A stretch of 32,209 bases of DNA from an uncultured Candidatus Peribacteria bacterium (GTDB taxonomy: Bacteria > Patescibacteriota > Gracilibacteria > Peribacterales > Peribacteraceae), in contig CAZUFJ010000018.1 in assembly GCA_964619805.1 (NCBI GenBank), positions 1-32,209 of the forward strand. The letters are read 5' to 3'. Below the pieces are notes generated by a model. The model did no database searches, was not told the origin of the DNA, and saw only the letters and a program-made list of their open reading frames with translations. Below, in pieces: positions 6,731 to 15,222 of this stretch; position 1 is the first letter of the stretch; each line of letters opens with the position of its first letter. Position numbers and translations under genes: made by a program.

Positions 6731-8395
6731 TTACTTGGTCTTGAGGAGCAGATACTCATAACCTTCGCTGACTGCCTGGAAACTGGCCTCGATCATGTCT
6801 GTGCTCACACCTGTTGTCGTCCAGGAATCTACGCCATCGGTGAATGCTACGAACACTTGAACCGATGAAGCAGTTCCTTCATTCGACTGCATTGCTTTTT
6901 CGATGTGAAAGTCGACAAGATTCAGTGAGTTTACGTGCGGGAATTTACTCACGAGTGCTTTTGAAAGAGCATTGGAAAGAGCATCCACAGGTCCGTTGCC
7001 ATTCGCAACTTCGTGATTAAGTGTGGCGCTTCCAAAAACACTTACTTTGATTCTAGCTTCAGCAGGCTCACCTAGCGTGTCTGTCACTGTAGGATTTTTT
7101 ACGATGCGAAACGTTGGTCGAAAAGCCCCTGCCACTTGAAGAGCCAAAAGTTCCAATGATGCCCGGGCACGATCGTATGAAAAGCCCTGCGCTTCCTTCT
7201 CTTTCATTTTTTCGAGGATGGCGCCCTGCACAACTGTTTCTCTTAGTATTTTATCGCGTACTGATTCAGGGATGATTCGACTCGATTGAACTAGTGATCG
7301 CACGTTTGAGAGCCCCGCCTGCTTCGAGCCAACAATTTTTCTTTCATTTCCGAACCAACTGGGGTCGGCAAATTCATATGCTTGCTTGCTTCCGTTTCCA
7401 GTCCTCTCCATCCCTGACGCATGCATGCCACCCTTGTGCGCGAAAGCACGGTCGCCCACAAACGGCTGACCGGGATGACGCCGTTGCCGCATGATTTGCG
7501 CAACATTGCGTGAAGCCCATGTGAGGCGCTTCGCAGGTTCAGGGGAAACCATCTCCATCACCCTTAAGTTCCCGATCGCCTCGCATAAATCGAGATTGCC
7601 TGCTCTTTCTCCTTCTCCATTCCATGTGCCTTGGACATGTCGTGCTCCATTTTTTACTGCAGCAAACATGTTGGCCGTCGCAAATCCACGGTCATTGTGT
7701 GGATGGATGCCGATCATCACCCCCGGAAATTCCTTTGTTATCGCCGCAACTGCATTACCAACCTCATCGGGGTCCGTTCCACCGTTTGTATCACAGAGAA
7801 CAAGCCTTCGTAATGCCTTACCTCCACCATCAAGCGCCGCTCGCAGTGTGAGCAATGCATGCACCGGGTCTTCCCTCCATGCATCAAAAAAATGTTCTGC
7901 ATCATATGTTAAGTCATCGCGATGTTTTGCTAGAAAACCCATTGTTTCAAAAATCATATCGCGATTTTCTCCAGCACTTGCCCGGATAACTTGTTCCACT
8001 TGGAAACGAGAGCTTTTGCCAACAATCGTGAGTGCAGGTGCTTCGCTTGCCAGCAGTGCCTGCAGCCCTTCATCGGTTTCAGCTTGGGATCCACGACGGC
8101 GCGTCATACCGAATGCTGCGAGCGTTGTGAATTTCAATGGGTTGCGAAGGAGCTCTGCAAATGCATCGCGATCAACAGTATTCGATAGGGGATAGCCACC
8201 TTCAACGTACGGGATGCCGAGATCGTCATCCATTCGAGCGATTGCAACTTTGTCACGTGCGTTCATATTCACGCCATCTGCCTGGTCGCCGTCCCGTGGT
8301 GTCACATCGTAGAGTTCTATCGAGTTTTCCATAATGAAGGGGATAAGAAAAAGCCTCTCTGCCTTGTGAGCGAGAGGGGATTTGGACATCAGCAC
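6731..8395 (-). CDS. cimA: Citramalate synthase / 2-isopropylmalate synthase family protein (CimA-type)
   Basis: HMGL-like catalytic motifs: ELYDVTPRDGDQ, GIHPHNDRGFATAN, GTWNGEGERAGNLDL. AFAHKGGMHASG is CimA-like rather than the LeuA-type AFAHESGIH. A C-terminal LeuA-dimerisation-like domain is present. The true start may be the internal MENSIELYDV at 8332. Confidence 0.82.
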   Translation of the reverse strand: MLMSKSPLAHKAERLFLIPFIMENSIELYDVTPRDGDQADGVNMNARDKVAIARMDDDLGIPYVEGGYPLSNTVDRDAFAELLRNPLKFTTLAAFGMTRRRGSQAETDEGLQALLASEAPALTIVGKSSRFQVEQVIRASAGENRDMIFETMGFLAKHRDDLTYDAEHFFDAWREDPVHALLTLRAALDGGGKALRRLVLCDTNGGTDPDEVGNAVAAITKEFPGVMIGIHPHNDRGFATANMFAAVKNGARHVQGTWNGEGERAGNLDLCEAIGNLRVMEMVSPEPAKRLTWASRNVAQIMRQRRHPGQPFVGDRAFAHKGGMHASGMERTGNGSKQAYEFADPSWFGNERKIVGSKQAGLSNVRSLVQSSRIIPESVRDKILRETVVQGAILEKMKEKEAQGFSYDRARASLELLALQVAGAFRPTFRIVKNPTVTDTLGEPAEARIKVSVFGSATLNHEVANGNGPVDALSNALSKALVSKFPHVNSLNLVDFHIEKAMQSNEGTASSVQVFVAFTDGVDSWTTTGVSTDMIEASFQAVSEGYEYLLLKTK

Positions 8396-8502
8396 TTCAC
8401 CTCACGCTCGGGGCGTAATTTCGATAATGCTGATGATGGAGCGGCTTGCTCGCACGCGGGAAGCCTAGGCGCGTCTTTTATGTAGTCAAGAAAATAGGTG
8501 CA

Positions 8503-8534
8503 CCGGGACGCTGCGCCCCTGCTGCGGGGCAGGG
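8503..8534 (-). repeat. GC-rich stem-loop element, copy 2 (diverged)
   Basis: The minus strand reads CCCTGCCCCGCAGCAGGGGCGCAGCGTCCCGG. It shares CCCCGCAGC and GCGTCCCGG with copy 1. It lies just downstream of the stop of 8541-10259. Confidence 0.6.
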
Positions 8535-8540
8535 GATTTG

Positions 8541-10259
8541 CTAATACACTACTTTTTCATAGCAGGATTCGCAGAGGATTTGTTCCTTACGATCGGGAGA
8601 AAATGTCGTTTGGAGATCTTTTTTGCAGTTTGAACACTCTCGATCCCAGAGACGACGGGGGTTCCTGCGCTCCATGCGAAGGCGATGACGTTCGTCGGGG
8701 TGAAGGCGGGGGATTGGGAGCTTCATCTCTCGATAAAACTCCAGTTCTTGCTTGATCAATTTGAATGGTCGTTTTGTAGCCTCGCATTCAATTGCCCAGT
8801 TTAGGATGTCATCTGGAACCTCATCAATAGAGCTTGGCAGTGCGGATGCAGGAATAATTTTTTCGGCTTTTGGTACCTCTTCTTTTTGGGTTCGCCATTT
8901 CCACCCACGCTTTTTTACATCTTTTTCAGTGAGCGGGTAATAATCCTGCGCTAATGACTCGTTATAGTCGTACGGAGCTGTTTCCATTGGGAAAAACTCA
9001 CCCCATTCCTTTGCCTGCCCCGCCGTAGCTCCGTCTGAGCGAAGGGGGGTCTTTCTCATATGCTCAATAATCCGGGGCACCAGCTCTTCATATTCCTCCT
9101 TGGTGTATTGCTTATTCAAAATGCAATAGTTCTTGTGTCTCAGACTGATACAACCGAAGCAATCGCCACATGTATTCATCGTGTCGCAGTAGTGCACGTT
9201 GCGGGATGTCCACGATCCCACGGTAAACAGGCAACCATACGCGCCGTATCCATAGCTTGTGCCTTCGTATCCTAGCTCTGCCTCCGTCGTGTGGCATACA
9301 TCCATCAGGTCCTTCACCTTGAATCCTGTGTACACGAATGCGCAATCTTCGCCGTACGAAAGATCGAAAGAGTGTCGAAGGTTGCGCGAATTTTGCAGGT
9401 AGTCGCCCTCCACGTTTTCACAATTCACGATGAAATGTGCGCGATGAGGTTGGGTACTGAGAAATTTTGCAAATTCATTTTGCATGGAGGCAATGCCTTC
9501 TGCTTCGATGCGCTTGAAGATTTCTTTCTTGCGCCTTGCAAATTCCTCCTCCGATAGCTGCTCGTTCTTGAAATTGAATTTTTTGTTGCGAAGGTTCACC
9601 GAAAACAGACTGTCGCTACATCCTTTGCAATCAAAAAGGAATGCAGACGTGTTGCAATTGGTACAGTTTTGCGAGAACGAGAGCTCGTAACATTTCTCGC
9701 AGTCCACAACTTCGTAGCATCGTTCCGATTCGTAGCAGTTAAGTGCATCAATGCACGATCGCGATTTGATGACCTGGGTGCCATAGTGACAATCCTCATC
9801 GTATTCCGCTGCGAAGAGCAAGTAACAATTTTTGTTGTACCCAGACATATTCACGTACGGAGAATTTTCGTTATTGAGAGCAATGAGTCCGAGTCTCGGC
9901 ACAACTTTTCGTAGCTCATGCAATTGTTCAAAAAATGAACGTGAAAAATCAAAATCTTTTCCATACGAGAGTGGATCCCACACATCGCTATTCCAAATGT
10001 CAGGCGCGTACACGACGAGTTCTTTTTCCGGTGAGTGTGCGGAGATAAAATCTTTTTTCGAAAAATCGCATGTACGGTGATAGAGCTTCCGCTCATTCCT
10101 CCACACAAGCCGGCGTTGCTGCCTGCAATCGGGACAGTGTGTCGGTGGGGGAATCTGCATTTTCTTGCCACCAAAGACAGGTGAAACCTTCGCAAGGAAT
10201 GCCAGATCTTCCTCGGAAATTTCAAACGTACTGCCGCAGGATGCACACACTTTCTCCAT
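8541..10259 (-). CDS. Cys-rich zinc-ribbon repeat protein, paralog C
   Basis: 572-aa ORF. N-terminal CASCGSTFEISEEDLAFL..HCPDCRQQRRLVWRNERKLYHRTC. Two Cys-rich repeat blocks. The C-terminal DDILNWAIECEATKRPFKLIKQELEFYR..RNPRRLWDRECSNC..CESCY is near-identical in pattern to paralog A. Starts 24 nt downstream of tRNA-Pro. Confidence 0.85.
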   Translation of the reverse strand: MEKVCASCGSTFEISEEDLAFLAKVSPVFGGKKMQIPPPTHCPDCRQQRRLVWRNERKLYHRTCDFSKKDFISAHSPEKELVVYAPDIWNSDVWDPLSYGKDFDFSRSFFEQLHELRKVVPRLGLIALNNENSPYVNMSGYNKNCYLLFAAEYDEDCHYGTQVIKSRSCIDALNCYESERCYEVVDCEKCYELSFSQNCTNCNTSAFLFDCKGCSDSLFSVNLRNKKFNFKNEQLSEEEFARRKKEIFKRIEAEGIASMQNEFAKFLSTQPHRAHFIVNCENVEGDYLQNSRNLRHSFDLSYGEDCAFVYTGFKVKDLMDVCHTTEAELGYEGTSYGYGAYGCLFTVGSWTSRNVHYCDTMNTCGDCFGCISLRHKNYCILNKQYTKEEYEELVPRIIEHMRKTPLRSDGATAGQAKEWGEFFPMETAPYDYNESLAQDYYPLTEKDVKKRGWKWRTQKEEVPKAEKIIPASALPSSIDEVPDDILNWAIECEATKRPFKLIKQELEFYREMKLPIPRLHPDERHRLRMERRNPRRLWDRECSNCKKDLQTTFSPDRKEQILCESCYEKVVY

Positions 10260-10283
10260 GCTCGGATTTTACTACGAATTCCT

Positions 10284-10359
10284 TGGTCGGGACGAGAGGA
10301 CTTGAACCTCCGGCCTCACGGTCCCGAACCGTGCGCTCTACCAACTGAGCTACGTCCCG
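10284..10359 (-). tRNA. tRNA-Pro (anticodon CGG), CCA encoded
   Basis: The minus strand reads CGGGACG-TA-GCTC-AGTTGGTA-GAGC-G-CACGG-TTCGGGA-CCGTG-AGGCC-GGAGG-TTCAAGT-CCTCT-CGTCCCG-A-CCA. Full cloverleaf, and the anticodon loop is TT-CGG-GA. Confidence 0.95.
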
Positions 10360-10572
10360 AATACGTTTGGTGATGGAAAGATCAGATCGAGGGCGAGCGT
10401 GCGATTCTTTATGACGCGCCGCAAGCGGCGCTAGGCAACTGAGCTACGTCCCGATACGTTTGGTGATGGAAAGATCAGATCGAGGGCGAGCGTGCGATTC
10501 TTTATGACGCGCCGCAAGCGGCGCTAGGCAACTGAGCTACGTCCCGAATACGTTTGGTGATGGAATGATCAG
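10342..10572. repeat. Tandem repeat, about 2.5 copies of 93-94 bp, containing the 5' 18 nt of tRNA-Pro plus about 75 nt of its upstream leader
   Basis: CAACTGAGCTACGTCCCGA starts at 10342, 10436 and 10529. Copies 1 and 2 are identical except for one A (CCCGAATACG versus CCCGATACG). The third copy diverges after GTGATGGAA near 10565. Each unit carries a GCGCCGC-AA-GCGGCGC hairpin. Confidence 0.95.
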
Positions 10573-10681
10573 GATAGTCCCGATCGCGTGGCATCCTACA
10601 GGAGTATGACAGTGGAGAGCCAGGCGCTTGTGCCGCGATCAGCATTTCGATACGGTACATGGGTTCTTTCCTCCTTCACCT

Positions 10682-11239
10682 ATGCAACGCAAGTACATCT
10701 GGATCGGTATTGCCGTCCTTCTCGGTGTCTGGCTCTGGTCGAGCTACAACGGACTCGTACTGGGGCGAGGCCGAGTGGCTGCATCGTGGGCGCAGGTGGA
10801 GACGCAGTATCAGAGGCGCTTTGATTTGGTGCCCAATCTCGTAAGTACCGTGAAGGGCGCGGCGAATTTTGAGCAGGAGACGCTTCTTCAAGTGACGGAG
10901 GCACGCACGAAGTGGCTTTCGAACTCAAGCCCGACGTCACGGGTGGATGCGGCGCAGCAGCTCGATGGTGCGCTCTCACGCTTACTCGTCACGGTGGAGG
11001 CGTACCCGCAGCTCCAGGCGACGCAGGCATTCCGTGATCTCATGACGCAGCTCGAGGGAACCGAAAACCGCATCGGAACCGCGAGGCGCGATTACAACCT
11101 GGCGATTCTGAGTTACAACTACCGTGTCCGACGGTTCCCGACGAACATCGTTGCGAAGGTGTTTGGCTTCACCGGCGAAAAACTGTTCGGGAGCGTCGAG
11201 GGATCCGAAAATGCGCCGACCGTTGATTTCGGAAGCTGA
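10682..11239 (+). CDS. lemA: LemA family protein
   Basis: N-terminal TM helix (IWIGIAVLLGVWLW). LemA signature QVETQYQRRFDLVPNLVSTVKGAANFEQETL..EAYPQL.A...F..L...LEGTENRI...R.DYN. I prefer the start at ATG 10682 over 10628. Confidence 0.9.
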   Translation: MQRKYIWIGIAVLLGVWLWSSYNGLVLGRGRVAASWAQVETQYQRRFDLVPNLVSTVKGAANFEQETLLQVTEARTKWLSNSSPTSRVDAAQQLDGALSRLLVTVEAYPQLQATQAFRDLMTQLEGTENRIGTARRDYNLAILSYNYRVRRFPTNIVAKVFGFTGEKLFGSVEGSENAPTVDFGS

Positions 11240-12090
11240 TGCTGCGACGCACGTCGCTGATCGGCCTTGGACTTCTGGTTGCAACCTCCGCATTTGCGTT
11301 CGAGGTGCCGCCCAATGACGGGTTTGTCACGGATACTGCAGCCGTGCTTTCAAGCGCAGAGGAGAGCGCTCTCGAGGCGAAGCTTGGGGCGATCCGCACG
11401 GCGACGTCGAATGAGATCGCGATCCTTATTGTGCCATCACTGCAAGGTGAAGAGATTGCGGATGTTTCCGTAGAGGTCGGTCGGAAGTGGGGCGTTGGTA
11501 CAGCGGAGAATGACAGCGGCATCCTGATCCTCATGTCGTATGAGGATAAGCAAATCTTTATGGCAACGGGGTATGGGCTCGAGGGAGCGGCACCTGATAT
11601 CGTTGTGAAGGGCATCGTGGACACCGACATGGTTCCACTCTTTAAGGAAGGCAAATATGCTGCCGGGCTCGAGGCCGGCGTCACGGCGCTTGAGAAACAC
11701 ATCGCGGGCGAATACACGGCCGAGCGATACAGGCAGCAAGAGGGGAGTGTGTTCTCCTTCTGGATTGTCTTTGCAATGTTCATTCTGATCCAATGGCTCG
11801 GTGCGATCATGGCGCGAACGAAATCGTGGTGGCTCGGCGGCGTTGTCGGTGGCGTGCTTGGCGTCATCCTGACGATCATCATCAGCTTCTGGCTCGCGAT
11901 CCCGATCTTCGTCGCTCTCGGGCTTGGACTCGATTACCTCGTTTCACGAAACTTCAAATCGAGAGCCAAGACGAAGTGGTGGGCGGGCGGAGGTTGGGGT
12001 CCCGGTGGCAGCGGAGGAAGTAGAGGAGGGGGCTTCGGTGGATTTGGCGGCGGCTCCTTCGGTGGCGGTGGCGCGGGAGGACATTGGTAA
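11239..12090 (+). CDS. TPM domain-containing protein (YgcG-like) with a Gly-rich tail
   Basis: Signal/TM, then FVTDTAAVLS..E..LE.KL......T.NEIAILIVPSLQGE.I......V.RKWGVG....DSGILIL.S..D....ATGYGLEG, which is a classic TPM/DUF477 pattern. TM helices and a GGGWGPGGSGGSRGGGFGGFGGG tail follow. The ATG overlaps the lemA TGA (TGATG). Confidence 0.9.
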   Translation: MLRRTSLIGLGLLVATSAFAFEVPPNDGFVTDTAAVLSSAEESALEAKLGAIRTATSNEIAILIVPSLQGEEIADVSVEVGRKWGVGTAENDSGILILMSYEDKQIFMATGYGLEGAAPDIVVKGIVDTDMVPLFKEGKYAAGLEAGVTALEKHIAGEYTAERYRQQEGSVFSFWIVFAMFILIQWLGAIMARTKSWWLGGVVGGVLGVILTIIISFWLAIPIFVALGLGLDYLVSRNFKSRAKTKWWAGGGWGPGGSGGSRGGGFGGFGGGSFGGGGAGGHW

Positions 12091-12184
12091 AACAAGAGGG
12101 CAGAAAAGGGAGAAAGGAAAGAAAGGGCAGGAAGGTCATTCTTTCTTTTCTTGCCGTCTTCGGGCACACTGACTTCCGATCTTT

Positions 12185-13174
12185 ATGCGAAAAATAGTTT
12201 TCGTGGGCGCGCTCTTGGTTTTGGCATCCTGCGCGCGGTCGAGCCCGCTACCGCCCGACGATGTCCTTCGCCGAGCATCGCAGGCGACGCAGGATCTTGC
12301 CTCTGCACGCTACGTGATTTCGGGGGAACTTACATCGGGGAAGAACGGCAGCTCCCGCGGTACGGGGAATATTGAGGGAATACTTCAGGATTCGGGGAAA
12401 CAGACGCAGTTCACACTGGTACTCGCAGGATCGTTTGCGAATGAGGGGAGGTCTTATGCTGCGAACGGATCGATGGAAGTGATCGTCGCGTGGAACCAGG
12501 AGCTCTTTCTCTTTTTGAAGGACCTCGTCGTCGAGCCGTCGCACCCGCTCCTCGATCGGGCATCCGTCGAGTTATTTCGTGGTAAATGGTGGAAGATTCC
12601 GGACGCTACGAAGGGGGGCGCCTCGCTTTCCGTGACGCCGGATCCGCGCATGCTGGAGGCGCAGGCAGAGGTCGTGAAGATTGATCGCGACCGTGGGATG
12701 GATACGATTGATGGGAGATCCGTGTATCACTACGACGTTTCGTTGGATTCTGAGAAATTAGTGACCTATATGAAGAGCATTGCTGAGGAGCGTGGCGAAA
12801 CACTATCGGCGGAGGAACTTCGGGAAAAACTCAAGGGTCTGACGGCTACAGGCGAGCTTTGGATCGATGCCGAAACATTCTTTGTCCACCGCCTGACATG
12901 GGACGTGCGCAAGGAGGACGCGGGCGACGGCGATGGATTCCAATTGCAATTCACCGCAAACCTGCGTGAGTTCAATGCAGCGCCCCTCATCACCCCGCCG
13001 AAAGAATTTGAAATGTTCTCGCCCTTCATATTTCTCGGAGGTTCGCAGGTGATGGATGCGGGAGCATCGAATCTGAGCGACAATACAATGAAGGCGCTGC
13101 TACAGGAACTCCAGGAGGGCGAAGCGCTGTTCCAAGGGACGAGTTCCTCCGCCGCGACTTCCGTCACTCCATGA
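12185..13174 (+). CDS. Putative lipoprotein, unknown function
   Basis: MRKIVFVGALLVLASC has a signal peptide and a lipobox. 329-aa ORF whose stop overlaps the next ATG (ATGA at 13171-13174). Confidence 0.7.
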   Translation: MRKIVFVGALLVLASCARSSPLPPDDVLRRASQATQDLASARYVISGELTSGKNGSSRGTGNIEGILQDSGKQTQFTLVLAGSFANEGRSYAANGSMEVIVAWNQELFLFLKDLVVEPSHPLLDRASVELFRGKWWKIPDATKGGASLSVTPDPRMLEAQAEVVKIDRDRGMDTIDGRSVYHYDVSLDSEKLVTYMKSIAEERGETLSAEELREKLKGLTATGELWIDAETFFVHRLTWDVRKEDAGDGDGFQLQFTANLREFNAAPLITPPKEFEMFSPFIFLGGSQVMDAGASNLSDNTMKALLQELQEGEALFQGTSSSAATSVTP

Positions 13175-15222
13175 CGCCAGAAATTTCCGCATCCGGCGAA
13201 GGCCCCGCGGTGGACGGCATGACGCCGCCGGCGCCCGTTGTTCCCCGAGAGCTTCCACCGGAACAGGTGAAGAGTGCGAAGAAGCGGCTGCTCACGGTCG
13301 TCGGCGCGGTCTACGGTCTCTTCGTTCTCTGGCTCCTCGTCCTCCTTGTGCTCCTGCCGAGCCCTACCGGGAGTTTTGAGGGCTTGCCGCTTACGGGAGC
13401 GCTCTCCGCGATGACCGGTGCCGCGGTGCTGGTGCTCGCGGCAACCTTTCTTTTCCTGCGCATCGCGCGCGCCGATGTTTCGATTGCCGTGCGTCGCAGG
13501 AGCACGATCAAGCTCGCGATTGTGTTTGCCCCCGGCATCTTGCTCGGCCTTGCGACGCCCCTCCTCATCACGCGCGAGCCCGCGCTCGCGATCGACATCA
13601 CATATCCGACAAAAAGCGAAGACATGGTGGCGCCGCTTGCAGTGACACTCAGCGCGGAGCGATCAGTGCAACTGCTCGTGAAGCGCGGCCGCAGACCGGT
13701 GCTCTTTACCTGGGATTACGACGGCGACGGCAAACCGAATGAGGAAACCGTCCTGCCCGTGACGACCGCGCTCTACGAGCGTCCAGGTTCCTACGAAACG
13801 GCTGCGCGCGTCACATTAGATGATGGCAGCACGCGCAGGCTCACCCGAAGAGTTGTGATTCCGCGCGCGGTCTTCTCCGTGTCACCAATGCGTCCGACCG
13901 TGGAAACGCCCGTCCGCTTCGGCTTGAGCCATTTGTTCACGCAGCCCGATGATTTGGTCGAAGCGAAGTGGGATTTTGACGGCGACGGCACCGTCGATCA
14001 GGTCGCGACCGTTCCCGATGTCATTCACACGTACTACAGCGTCGGACGCGTGCCCGTTGCTGTCACCGTGACGCTCGCAAATCAAACGCAGGCCACATAC
14101 CAACGCACCGTAACAATCGAGAAACCCGTGCCGCTGCCGTTCCCCGTGACACTCGTGACGGAGCCCAAAAACCTCATCGGACCCTTGCCGTTCGGCGCGG
14201 TGTTTAAAGTCGAGACGGCGGAGCCCATGCGTGAAATTCAGTGGACGTTCGGCGATGGGACCGAGGAGCGCGGAGCGGATCTGAGACGCGTCGGTCACTC
14301 GTTTTCTGCCGTGCAGGTGTATCCCGTCACGGTCCGCGTGCGGTCGGCGAGCGGAGCATTGGCGGAAGTAACGACCCTTGTCCGCGTGACGCAGGATCTT
14401 CCGTTGCCTGATCTCGTGTTCGACGGATCCCCCGAGGTGCAGGGTGATAGCATCCGCGCCGAAGTTCCGGTGACCATACAATTAACTGCGAGGAGTGCAG
14501 TGCCGCTCGTGGAATTTTTGTGGGAGGCACCGAATGCAGCAAATGTTCATGCAACTGGCGCAACAGTGCAGGCTGTGTACCGCAAGGAAGGAACATATTC
14601 CCTGACGCTCGTTGGACAGGATCCGCAGGGCAGATCCACGCGCCGCATGATCACGATCGAGGCGATGCCCCCCTCCGCGGAACCGCAAATCATGATGATG
14701 CCTGCGGGCGGTACGGCCCCGCTCAAGGTGATCTTTGACGCGTCTGCAACATTCATCCCCGCAGGGGAAGCCGTCGCGGGATTCGAGTGGACGTTTGGCG
14801 ACGAAACGCAGGGTCTGAAACCCGAACTCGGTAGTGCGCGCATCGAACATACGTACCAGACTCCCGGCGAGTACATCATCAAGCTGCGGGTTGTCATGGA
14901 ATCCGGCAAAGAATTCTCCACGGAGCGGACGATCGTCGTCCGGAAGCCCGTGCTCAGCGCTTGCATCCTGCCAAGTCGCGATATCCAGAACATTCACTCG
15001 GGGGAGGGAATTCGGTTCGAGCCCTGCACCCTGAAGACTGGCGTCACGTACCTGTGGGACATCCGCAAGGCGGATGAGAAGGATCGCATCCTGGCGCAGA
15101 GCAACGAACCGAAGTATCCGTATCCGTTCGAATCCATGGGAACGTACATTGTCAGGTTGACCGTTCGCGATAGCTTCGGCAATGAGAGTTCCGAAACGCT
15201 CACCATCACCGTACAGCCATGA
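13171..15222 (+). CDS. PKD repeat-containing membrane protein
   Basis: N-terminal hydrophobic helices. At least five PKD-like repeats with the W(D/T)(F/Y)(D/G)DG motif: FTWDYDGDGKPN, AKWDFDGDGTVD, IQWTFGDGTEE, FEWTFGDETQG, YLWDIRKADE. Confidence 0.85.
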   Translation: MTPEISASGEGPAVDGMTPPAPVVPRELPPEQVKSAKKRLLTVVGAVYGLFVLWLLVLLVLLPSPTGSFEGLPLTGALSAMTGAAVLVLAATFLFLRIARADVSIAVRRRSTIKLAIVFAPGILLGLATPLLITREPALAIDITYPTKSEDMVAPLAVTLSAERSVQLLVKRGRRPVLFTWDYDGDGKPNEETVLPVTTALYERPGSYETAARVTLDDGSTRRLTRRVVIPRAVFSVSPMRPTVETPVRFGLSHLFTQPDDLVEAKWDFDGDGTVDQVATVPDVIHTYYSVGRVPVAVTVTLANQTQATYQRTVTIEKPVPLPFPVTLVTEPKNLIGPLPFGAVFKVETAEPMREIQWTFGDGTEERGADLRRVGHSFSAVQVYPVTVRVRSASGALAEVTTLVRVTQDLPLPDLVFDGSPEVQGDSIRAEVPVTIQLTARSAVPLVEFLWEAPNAANVHATGATVQAVYRKEGTYSLTLVGQDPQGRSTRRMITIEAMPPSAEPQIMMMPAGGTAPLKVIFDASATFIPAGEAVAGFEWTFGDETQGLKPELGSARIEHTYQTPGEYIIKLRVVMESGKEFSTERTIVVRKPVLSACILPSRDIQNIHSGEGIRFEPCTLKTGVTYLWDIRKADEKDRILAQSNEPKYPYPFESMGTYIVRLTVRDSFGNESSETLTITVQP

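Noticed and set aside
8396-8540. Leader, T-box or riboswitch upstream of cimA
   Set aside because: The spacer is only about 140 nt. I could not find T-box specifier or antiterminator features or a Leu-rich leader peptide. The only clear structure is the GC-rich stem-loop copy that follows the upstream gene.
10342-10572. Could the 93-94 bp repeats be a CRISPR array?
   Set aside because: The units are directly tandem with no unique spacers and are far longer than CRISPR repeats. They contain a tRNA fragment. No cas genes are nearby. The Cas4-like nuclease at 31034 is 20 kb away and stands alone.
11934-12169. Pro-rich and basic ORFs on the minus strand, plus the plus-strand ORFs 11793-12023 and 11924-12172.
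   Set aside because: They are alternative-frame or antisense readings of the GGN-rich tail of the TPM gene and of the purine-rich spacer. They are compositional artefacts.
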